Source: Vicugna vicugna
Lineage: Eukaryota
Direction: 5' to 3'
Length of the DNA stretch: 64,000 bases
Assembly (NCBI GenBank): GCA_013265495.1
Contig: MU057989.1
Coordinates: 697,513-761,512, forward strand
Positions 38,595 to 49,000 of this stretch are shown here, one piece after another. Position 1 is the first letter of the stretch; each line of letters begins with the position of its first letter. The notes under the pieces were generated by a model. That model saw only the letters and a program-made list of their open reading frames with translations. It ran no database searches and had not been told where the DNA came from. Position numbers and translations under genes: made by a program.

Positions 38595-39353
38595 AATGGG
38601 AAGGTCAAGAACTCCAAAAAGAAATGACTGGACTCGAGGCTTGGCATGGAGCCAGCTGCTGCCCATGTCCTTGTGATCTGGCCAGTTGTGTCACCTGCAC
38701 CTGGGCACACAGGCTCTCCATCCACCTCAGGAAGGCTTCATGCTGCCTTGCTGGCAAGTGAGATGGACTGCAGCCCCCAGTGCTGCACTGCACACACGCC
38801 GTTGAGAGCCCCTGATGTCTGCAGCCCTCATGACTGACAGATTAGGAAGCAAGGGTTGGAGTTGCTGAGAGATGGGTCCTAGGACAAAGAGCGGCCACCA
38901 TGGGCTCCATTTGCACCATGGAATGTCTGGCTTTGACCACTCAATCCAAGGTCATCTCAAGTTCTGCAGCCAGGGCCCTGCCCTCCAATGCACCTGCTCC
39001 CCATTCCAGAGAAACAGCACGTGCAAAGGACACGGAGCCTTTGGCCGTATTATTAGACTTTCTAAAACCAAATGCAAATATCATCAGGTGCCTTTCACAA
39101 CAGCAAGGACCCATGCCTGTTGAAATAAACACATGCCAGCTACCCACCTGCTGGAAAAGCCACACAGGCAGTGCCATTGTTCTGTGTCCTCCAGCTTGAT
39201 GCCCTGAGAAAGGTCACAGATGCCCAAACCTTTAAAACCCCAGGTGAGACGAGTGTTCTCTCTGTGGGGATTTGGAACGGCAGCAGCTCTGTGTGGGAGC
39301 TCTTAGCTGTGTTTCTTAACACAATTCCCTTTATAAATTATTTTTTCTTAAAG

Positions 39354-39436
39354 TGGCAAAAGGAGAAAATTGATACCAGAGTATCAATTTGGATTCTTGG
39401 CAGAATTCCCATCATCTTGTGGAAGTCAAGTTTCAG
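39354..39436 (+). other. DNASE1: DNASE1 non-coding exon 1 (3' part; 5' boundary uncertain)
   Basis: Resembles the recalled human exon 1 (aaaaggagaaaattg...gattcttg.cag); donor CAG|GTGAGT at 39436/39437; internal acceptor ttttttcttaaag| at 39353. Confidence 0.7.
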
Positions 39437-39878
39437 GTGAGTGTGCTTGGTGCCCCAATGGCTGTGTGACACGTGGCCTGTGGAAGGTGGGCACCAGGCC
39501 CAGAAGCACCGTGGGGTCCCTCTTGGTAACTATGGCCACTCTGGGGAGAGCCCTGGCCAGTCCTGGCTGGGTGGATGTCTGGAGCAGGGAGGGCAGTGAG
39601 CTGGTGCCCCACCAACATTGAGCACCACGGGCCTCCTAGGCTGGTGACCCTTGTGGGGCCCCCTCTGCCGGTGGGTGAGGAGTGAGAAGACCAGGGTCCG
39701 TTACTTGGTGCTTGGTGTCTGGCTTTCCGGACACTGGTGCGGCTTCTGAGGCTCGCCCTGGCCTGCTCAGCACAGCCCATAGGGCTCACCAGCCCCGCCC
39801 AGCTCTGGACTCGGGGAGGAAGTGGGTGCTGTGTCCACTACCCCCAGGCCCACGTACAAACACCCCTCCTGCTGCAGA

Positions 39879-40025
39879 ATGAGGAGTGCCAGACTGATGG
39901 GGGTGCTGCTCGCCCTGGCTGGCCTGCTGCAGGTGGCCCTGTCCCTGAAAATAACAGCTTTCAACATCCGGACTTTTGGGGAGACCAAGATGTCCAATGC
40001 CACCCTTTCCAACTACATTGTGAAG
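39879..40025 (+). CDS. DNASE1: DNASE1 exon 2 (coding part)
   Basis: [49 protein letters not shown]|gtaaat. Confidence 0.97.
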
Positions 40026-42471
40026 GTAAATCCAGGCTGGCCTGTTGCCAAGGAACTCTGGGATGCAGTGGGCTGCCTCTGACAGGCTCAGGAATACTGG
40101 GCCTGTGGTCAGTCCTGGAGGTGGCTGGGGTGGGGAGGGCATCAAGAGTGTCTGGTCTTGGCTCCCGTCAGGCAGGGGGACAGGGCCCTCGTCCATGGCT
40201 GGCAGTAGAGTCCCAGGCAAAAGCTGCTGGTTGCAGGCCAAGCAGCGATGAAAAGGCATCTGGAGAGCAGCACCTCAGCCCTGTGACTCAGAGCAGGTGG
40301 GCTCGGATGCCCTGCCTACCCCTGCTCAGCACCGCTGTGGTCTCATCCCCAGATCCTGAACCGCTATGATATTGCCCTCATCCAGGAGGTCAGAGACAGC
40401 CACCTGACAGCCGTGGGGAAGCTGCTGGACAAACTTAATGCGTGGGTGACAGCAGAGGGGCACCAGGAGGCACGGGGGTGGGGTGGTGGAGGCGAGACCA
40501 TCCCTTCCAGGACATTTCAGCCAGGCTCCTGGGATATGGATGTGGGCAGGAGCCCTGCTGTAGGTGGCAGGAGGGTTCCCAGGGATCCCCTGACCAAGAT
40601 GTTCGTTTCCTCACTCCAGGGATGACCCTAACACCTTTCACTATGTGGTCAGTGAGCCACTGGGACGCAACAGCTACAAGGAGCGCTACCTCTTCGTGTT
40701 TAGGTAAAGCTGCGGCCAGCTCCCCAGAGGGTACCCACGGGGGCTCTGGGTGTGTGCTCCAGGGCCCGTGAGCTCCTTCCCCCAAGGCGCAGGGGCAAGA
40801 ACTGGGGCCACAGAGCAGGGGTCTGAGTTGGGCTGTGCCCCCAAGGCCTCACAACCTGTGCAGAGGCAGGAGGATGTGGTGGGAGAACCGTCCCCTGGAC
40901 CTGGGTTTCACACAATGAGGGGGCACCCGAGCCCCAGGCTAACCGCCCTCCACAGACCCGACCAGGTGTCCGTGCTGGACAGCTACCAGTACGACGACGG
41001 CTGCGAGTCCTGCGGGAACGACACCTTCAGCCGGGAGCCAGCCGTGGTCAAGTTCTCCTCCCCGTCCACCAGTGAGTGCTGCCGCCCGGCCCAGCCCCGC
41101 CCTTCCCGGGACTCCTTGGAAGCCCACATCTTGTGCTGTCCCCAAGCCCCTAGGGTTCTGGTCTTACATTGAAGTTACTTAGGAAAATGTCCATCCGTGG
41201 GGATGGTCTCATGTGGCCTCCACCCCAGCCCCTGACACACTACTGAGCATGTGTCCACACCGCTCAGCGTGACTGCGTCTCCACAGAGGTCAAGGAGTTT
41301 GCCATCGTTCCCCTGCACGCGGCCCCGTCAGATGCAGTGGCTGAGATCAACTCTCTGTATGACGTCTACCTGGATGTCCGCAAGAAGTGGGACTTGGAGG
41401 TGAGGCGCCCCCCCCCCGCCGCCTTGGGCTCTGGAGGCCCTCATCCTCATCCCTGCCCCAGGCCAACCAGCTGGTGTCTCCTGGTAGGACATTATGTTGA
41501 TGGGCGACTTCAATGCGGACTGCAGCTACGTCACCTCCTCGCAGTGGTCATCCATCCGCCTGCGCACGAGCTCCGCCTTCCAGTGGCTGATTCCTGACTC
41601 TGCCGACACCACAGTTACATCCACGGACTGCGCCTACGACAGGTGAGCAGGGCCCAGGCCTGCCTGGCACTGAGCCCCCAGGGGGGATGAGGGTGCCCCC
41701 ATGAGCAGCTTCAGAAATGGTATCCAGACCTGACACTCACCCTCCTGAGCGCCAGTCAGTTCACTTAGAAAATGGAATGAAAGGAGCAGCATTTCTTAGT
41801 TGTGGGGTGAAGCACACATGGGACACTCGAAGGTATGCAGGTTAGTGGTTTGCAGTGTGGGGCCCGAGGGCCCAGGGTGCCCCAGGTCCCGCAGCTCAGT
41901 GTGGTGGGGACACTGAGCCAGGTCCACAGGGGCGCTTTAGAGCAGTGGGGGCACAGTGGGGCCATGGGAAATTTACCAGACCAAGAGATGATCTGGGGGG
42001 ACATGCTGGGCCCCAGTGTTTAAGGGCACAGAGCCAGACAGTGGGCTAAGGACGACCTTCTCCCATGTCGGGGGCTGCAGGATTGTGGTTGCGGGATCTC
42101 TGCTCCAAAGTGCTGTGGTTACTAATTCGGCCGCTCGCTTTGACTTCGAATCTGCATACGGACTAAGCAACGCTATGGTAAGTGTCCTGTACACACCACA
42201 GCTTGAACGGGAGCCTGGGACACAGGAACGTAGTGAGATCTGGACCCACTGCTTTTCTCATGGGCTTGGAAGAGCCACTTGCCTGTGGCCCTGGGAGCCT
42301 TTTGGTCTCTTCTCAGGCAGATGGGACTGGGCCTGGGTCCAAATCTTGACCTGCCCCCAGGAGCACTGTTTGCAGAGAACTCAATGTTTGGGTGTCCCTG
42401 CACTCACTGCACGTCTCCTGCAGGCCCTAGCCGTCAGCGACCATTACCCGGTGGAGGTGACGCTGAAGTGA
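39879..42471 (+). CDS. DNASE1: Deoxyribonuclease 1, complete: join(39879-40025,40353-40441,40620-40703,40956-41071,41287-41399,41488-41642,42081-42177,42424-42471); 849 nt, 282 aa
   Basis: 22-aa signal peptide then [18 protein letters not shown]...; all introns GT-AG; catalytic E39, E78, H134, D168, D212, H252 and C101-C104, C173-C209 present. Confidence 0.98.
40353..40441 (+). CDS. DNASE1: DNASE1 exon 3
   Basis: [29 protein letters not shown]; 89 nt. Confidence 0.96.
40620..40703 (+). CDS. DNASE1: DNASE1 exon 4
   Basis: [27 protein letters not shown]; 84 nt. Confidence 0.97.
40956..41071 (+). CDS. DNASE1: DNASE1 exon 5
   Basis: [38 protein letters not shown]; 116 nt. Confidence 0.97.
41287..41399 (+). 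CDS. DNASE1: DNASE1 exon 6
   Basis: [37 protein letters not shown]; 113 nt. Confidence 0.97.
41488..41642 (+). CDS. DNASE1: DNASE1 exon 7
   Basis: [15 protein letters not shown]...[12 protein letters not shown]; 155 nt. Confidence 0.97.
42081..42177 (+). CDS. DNASE1: DNASE1 exon 8
   Basis: [32 protein letters not shown]; 97 nt. Confidence 0.97.
42424..42471 (+). CDS. DNASE1: DNASE1 exon 9 (coding part)
   Basis: [15 protein letters not shown]. Confidence 0.97.
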   Translation, partial: ALAVSDHYPVEVTLK

Positions 42472-42720
42472 GCCTGATGGAAGTGATCCTATCGTCACGT
42501 CCAAGTGCCGGGGATGGAGATTAAGAAATCAGTGCCTAGTCCCTAGGGTCCCCATTCCTCCCCCTTGTGCCCCCAACCACCATGGCAGCTGGAATTTGAG
42601 GAAGGAGACGGAAGGTAGACTTTTCCTCACTACCTGCTTCCATTGTAAGCTTGGGGGTTGTGTCAGCAGAGTATCTCACCACCTCAGTCTGGACAAGAAG
42701 TCTAACACTAAGAAGTACCT

Positions 42721-42738
42721 TTTAATTAAAGTAATAAA
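42721..42738. terminator. Overlapping polyadenylation signals of DNASE1 (+: ATTAAA 42725-42730, AATAAA 42733-42738) and TRAP1 (-: ATTAAA 42726-42721)
   Basis: TTTAATTAAAGTAATAAA, the only such hexamers I saw between the two stop codons. Confidence 0.8.
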
Positions 42739-42923
42739 GCTCAAAAGAGGGTGTTCTCATTGGCGGCATCCAGTCCTTCCTGTGCTCCCCTCGGCTGCCT
42801 TGCCCCACAGCAGAGGCACACGGTTCCATCTGTCCCCACTCCTGGAGGCATAACTCCGCAGGACGACCTGGGGCTTTCACGGCCCCTGGGCTGCACCCCA
42901 GAACCCGGCCAGCCCCTTGGCCT

Positions 42924-43025
42924 TCAGTGTCGCTCCAGGGCCTTGACCAGTAGGTGGTTCAGGCGGCTGACCATGGGTCGGGGGTCGTCGATGAGCCCCG
43001 CTGTGATCATGGCGTTCTCATAGAT
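42924..43025 (-). CDS. TRAP1: TRAP1 exon 18 (coding part)
   Basis: [33 protein letters not shown]; 102 nt. Confidence 0.97.
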   Translation of the reverse strand: MYENAMITAGLIDDPRPMVSRLNHLLVKALERH

Positions 43026-46000
43026 CTGAAAGGCAGGGCAGCAGCTCTTTAGTGGGTGAGCAACACTGGGTCCCAGGTCCAACCCAGGGACCTCACTCAA
43101 ATGCAGAGAGAAGAAAGAAAAGAGCTGTTCCTTTTAAAACAGGGATTTAAAGGAAACTGAACTGTCCCACCTGAAAGGAAGAAGCTGGCTTCTGAAACTG
43201 GCAGCCCAGCTCCTCAGTTCTGCTCTTAGCGCATCTTCAGGAGACTCACCTGATCGACCAGCAGCTGGGCCAGGTCCGGCTCTTGGTCTCTCAGCTGACT
43301 GAGCTTCTTGATCAGCGTGTGCCTGCACCACAGAGACCCCCCAGAGGTCAGCTCAGGGCGTGGGGCATACACTCAGCACCACAGAGACCCCCCAGAGGTT
43401 AGCTCAGGGCGTGGGGCACACACTCAGCACCACAGAGACCCCCAGAGGTCAGCTCAGGGCGGGGGGCACACACTCAGCACCACAGAGACCCCCCAGAGGT
43501 CAGCTCAGAGCATGAGGCACACACTCAGCACAAGGGCTTTTAATTTTGTGTTCTAGTGACTTTTCTGAAATGTTGGGGTTATCAGAACATTCAAAACAGA
43601 GTAATAGGATGGTCCGGTATAAAAAAGTAAGGCACATAAAAATTAAATGTAAATGATCAGTTACAAATGATATTCCCAGAAAACCCAAGAGAATCAGTCT
43701 AAAGTTTTAATATTAGGAAATGCAGTAAGTACCAAAATTAATATAAACTAAACACTACTAAGAGAGAGAAAGATGAGTTTACTGTATGAAAAGACATTTG
43801 TTAGTTCCTGGATAACTGGATCATAAATAAAGGTGAAACTTTTCCTTAAATTAATCCATACACTTAATAGGACTCCTTTACATTAAGATTTCTTTTACAC
43901 CTAAAAAATTCATACAGAAAAGTAAACATGGAAGAACAGCCAGAAGAGGCTGGAGGAGGAAGTCCCAGTTGTTGAAATAGATCATATACCTCCAGTAATT
44001 AAACAGTTAGTTCTGGAAAATGAAAAGGCACCAGCTCAATGTAACAAAGTGGATAATGTATAAATGGCCCCATTCATACAGGAATTTCGTTAGGACCCAA
44101 TAAAGACAGGATAACTGGGCAGCACCTAGGAAGTAAGTTAGATGCCTGTGTGATTACTTAGAGCAAAATAAATTCCAGAACCATCAAAGATTAAATGTAA
44201 AAAGTAAGAGCAAAAAAGTATACTGGAAGAAATGTTTTATAATCTGAAGGAGAAGGCCTCGTCAAACAAAATGTAAACCCAGAAGTCAGAAAGAAAAGAA
44301 TGAGTACATAAAAACTGAATTTTTCTGCACAGGAAAAAATACCATGAATGTAGGAAACATACATCAAAATTATAAGGTATAACTTTTCATTTTTGAGAAT
44401 GGCAAAAATTGGGACGTCTGATTAAAACTGAAGGCACTGGGGACAGGCACAGAGGACAGCGGGAGTCTCTGTGGCATCCTGTCTGAGATTCAGCGATCCC
44501 TTCCCTCACAGCACTGTCCTCAGCAGCCAGCACTTCAAAAGCACAGCCTGTGTGGTGGGGGCAGGGGGGCACACACAGCCTCTGAGATCCGGGGGAACCT
44601 AAGGCAGCCGTGCTGGGGACAGAGACAGGAGGACATTTCACCATTCATGCCTTTGGTTCTTTCGAATTCTAAACCATGTGAACATATTACCAAATTTAAA
44701 AGCAAACAAATCATAAAATAAGAGTCCTGCAGTAGAAATGAGCACTCTGCACAGCTACCTTATAAAACCACTTTTGTGCCAGAACTAGTTAAAGCAGGTG
44801 GGGGTCCAGTTGGCATCCACTGCAGCCCAGGACTCACGGCTGGGAGCCGCGTGCCCATTACGCCAACCTGGACGGCTCTTTGCAGAAGCATCTGAGCAGC
44901 CACAAGCTAATGCAAATCTGGTAATTCCATGGCTAGTAATTTGGCTCAGAAACTGGAAAAGGAACCTTCCTCCATTTCCAAGTAGTTTTAAGGAAATTTA
45001 TGGTTTTAAGCAATGGAAAAAATTTATGAGAAAGTGATGGTAAACAAGTTGGTTACTAAATAAAAAATAAAAATATAAGGGAAAAGTCTAAAAGAATATA
45101 GCAAACGGTACGGTGACTGTGGTGGGGGTGAGACTACGGACTTTTTCTTTTTGCTGCTTTCTGACATTTTTGGTAACATATGTCATTTCATTTAAAAAGT
45201 TATTGCTCGTATACAAAGTCAATTTCCAAAAAGAAACTGTCTCCATTTACAACAGCAACAGTTAGAAAGTGAAATCTTAAAATATCCAATGAATAAGACA
45301 CATCAAAGATAAACTATTAAAAAATGTACAAGAACTCTAAAGAAAACATGTTACCAAGAGATACTCATCAGAGAAGGCAGAAAAGATCAGCTGGGAGAGG
45401 AGAGATGTATGTAGTTAACTGCATGGGCCACTGGGTATCCACGTGGACTAAGATGTAACTGGACCCCCCACATCCCAGATGAGCCAGTTAGAGACAGGCT
45501 AGACCAACACAGAAGGCCAAAACTACAGCCTTTAGAAGGAGATACAGGAGAAATTCATGTCTGGTAAAGAGATTTCTTAAATAAGACCCAAAAAAGCATC
45601 TAACAAAGATGTATACATTTGATTATATTAAAATTAAGAACTTCGCACCAAAAGACATCCCTAGACAGATGAAAAGACAAAGAAAAGATACTTGCAACTG
45701 ATAAAGTATATATAAAGAACTACCTCTTTTCTTGTAAGCCCAATAGGAAAAAGAACAGTCTCAGAAAGCGTGTCACAAGAAAGGCAAGCCCTTGTGGTGG
45801 TGGTTTCATAGGTGTCTACATCTATCAAAATTCATCAAATTGTACATCTGGAATATGCATAATTTACTGCACAGGAACTGTATCACAATAAAGGTGTTAA
45901 AAAAAAGAAAAAGAAAGCCAAGCCCAAAGGGTAACGCGTAGAGCCTAGGAGTCTCACACTTTGCCAGGGGAGCTGGCGCCCACCTTCGGGGAGCAGCTGG

Positions 46001-49000
46001 CTTGCCCAGGCACACGCCCCAGAGAAGCACACGCACCAGGCAGGGACAAGAACGTTCAGAGCAACCTGTTCCCAACAGCCTCCAAACGGGAACCCTGGAT
46101 GTCCATCAGAACAGAATAAGTAACTGCAGAGGTAGAGTCGTACCCTGAATGTGATCCTGCCATAACATGAACTACAGCCACCCCCGCGGATGGCCTTGTG
46201 CACTGAGTGAAGTAAGTAAGGCTTCAAAGGAGACACATGCACAGGGGTCCATCTGCATGAGCTCAGAAAGAGGCGAAGCCGAGCTGGTTGTGTGACAACG
46301 CACAAGTAGACAGTGAGGAAGCGACCGAGACAAGTCAGAACTGTGGTTCCCCCTGGGCGGTGGGACGGAATCCAAGTGGGAGGAAAATGGGAGTGTCTGG
46401 CAGCTGGCAGGGCCGTTTTTTTAAACCTTATGTGGGTGTAGTTTAATGTAGTTCAGTTATGAGTGTGTTTATAAATATTTATCAACTGTACAGAAGCTTT
46501 CTGCACTTTCTGTGTGTGATAAATAAGAGAAAAGCTACTCACTTACAGTCATAAACGGTTACCTCGCAGGAGCCGGCAGCCTCACCTGGGGTTGATCTCC
46601 AGCGTGGGCTGCAGCAGCTGAGCGCGCTCCTCCTGGGTCTTGGCCAGCTGCCGCATGCGCAGGAAGTGCCGCGCGGCCCCCATCTCCAGCACAGTGATCA
46701 TAGCAGGGTGGGTGTCCAGTCGAAGAGTCACCTACAGGCAAGGCAGGGATTGAGGGAGGCCTGGGGGTGGGGGGCCCTGGCAGGTGCTGACCACATTATG
46801 AAGCATCCCCAGAGGACAAGGCAGGAGAACGCAGGTCTTCAGGGACGTAACCTCGCAGACCTCAGCCAGCGATGCCCCTCCCTCCTGATCACCCAGTAAG
46901 GGAAAGGGAGCCAAACTGCATCCCGGTTGGGAACTCCCTCCTCTCCTCTCCCTTAAAGCCACCAATTTCTACCATATCAGTTCCCGCCCAACGTCCATCC
47001 TGCCTGGTGTTATCTGCCCTTCTCTCCTCCACAGGGGCCCCTGCCAAGCCCTCCAGTGACTAAGACCCACCAGGACTAGCTGCCCCATTTCCCCAGCTCT
47101 GTCTGCCTCAACCCCGTCCATCCTTCCTGCAGACAATGCTCTCACCCACCCCTTCCCTGTGGCTCCCTCTGGCCTTTATTTTATCAAATACACCTTTTCC
47201 CAATGCACAAATGTTCACAACCAGATCTCTGTGAGCAGGCCCGCCTTCCCCTCCTCCCACCCCGCAGGCTTCGGGCCTCCGGGCTCACAGCACAGACTCC
47301 GCACGGCTGCTCCTGTCCCGGCAGCACAGCACGGACCCGGCCCCACAGCCTCCCTGCTGTGTGACCTGGGGAAGTGCTCTACCTCGTTTCCCTCACAGGA
47401 CTCAGACAATAATTCCACCTACCTCCTAGGTCACTTTAAATGAGTCACCGTTGTCAAATAGACAGAACATGTGTGCTACATGAAGAAATCCCAGCTGCAC
47501 GCCTGGCTCCCTCAGAGTCCCACAACGACCTCTTGTAGTGCCCCCAGTCCGCCCTCCTCTGCTCTTGGCCATCCCTGCCCTGCACACCTGCCTATCCCTT
47601 GGGGCCACCCCTGAACATGTCCCTCAGCCAATGACTCCTGTTCTTTGGTGACTGTCTTTCTCTTGCAGCTCTGAGCTGGACTGGTGGGTTCCTAGCTCAT
47701 TAAATAAAGCCTACCCAGGTCCCCGACTAACAACCCAAGCTGGACTGTAAGCCCTCATGTCCTCTAGACCGGGACCAGGATGGTCCTGGGGAGGCCAGCT
47801 TGGGACACTTCTCTGTTTCCACCTGCCCACTAGGCCCTCAGCTGCTCACCTTCCACTTTCTTGGTTCCCACTTGCTCTACAAAGTGGAGGGACAGGCGGC
47901 AGAGCTTACCTGCCCTGCCTCAGCAACACCCGGGCCGTATGTGGCCACACGCACAGAAGCACCAGCAATAAGCCTGGTCTCCACCTCACACCACAGCTCC
48001 AACCACCGCCGGGAGAACGCCCACCAGGCCCGCAGCCCAGAGCCGGCAGGCCTGCCAGCGAGTGCGCGCCAAGGGAGGTCCCCGTCCCTGGGAGGCCTCA
48101 CCTTCACATTGGTGACACGGGACCCCAGCACATTCCTCATCCAGGCCATCAGGTCTTCTGTTTCCTTCTCTGACAGGCAGTCACCAGCTACAGGGGAGCA
48201 GAAGGGAGTGAGCTCAGAGGTCATCTCCACAGCTCCCTTCCCTCAGGCTCCCACTGGGGCCTGAAATGTCAACACTCCAACACCAACTTCCCAGCAGGTT
48301 CCCTCCACCCCTCCCAGCCACCAGCACAAAGATAGAAGCTACCAAAACACTCTTCATCTAAAATTAAGCAGATAAAATGGGACCTCAGAGAGGACGCTTT
48401 TGGTTGCCTGAGGCCCATGGAACTGTTAGGACTTTAACACTTCCGATTCTCTTAGGAAGCTTGGTCACTCTGAGGGGCAAGCTGGAAGGAGCACTGGAGA
48501 GACCTCAGGATGTAAACAGAGAGACACTTCCCCGTAATCATTACAATGTTCCCAAACAGCTTCTTCCATACAGGCTAGTGGCCTAGACACACACAAGAAA
48601 AGAAAACCCCCAGAACCCACTGTTGGAGGACAGAAGAGGCCCTGCAGCGAAGTGCCAGCTCCCTGCCCACCCGGCGTCACCTGCCTCCCTGGCCACCGCC
48701 CACCCTGTGCCCGGAGAGAAGGGAAGCGAGCCCACCTGGGGAGCCGTCCTCAAACTTCTCCTCCTTGTAGTGGTCGACGACGATGTCCGTCTCCACGGAG
48801 ATCAGCTTCTTCTTGTCAAACTCACGAAGGTGCAGCAAGGTCAGCTCATCAAACTGCTCATAGCAGAACAGAACCTGCGAGGCCCCAGATCGCGCCCTTC
48901 AGGCCGGGGGAAGTCTCAGCCCGAGACGGGGCCACTAGGGGGCCTTGTGGATAAGGAGGTTTACAACGGTTCTAGGGGAGACTCTGGCTATGTCTTAGCA

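Noticed and set aside
40704..40955. Looked for the human DNASE1 intron-4 56-bp VNTR
   Set aside because: No tandem repeat in this 252-nt intron
43325..43531. CRISPR-like regular repeats
   Set aside because: Head-to-tail minisatellite with no unique spacers, in mammalian DNA
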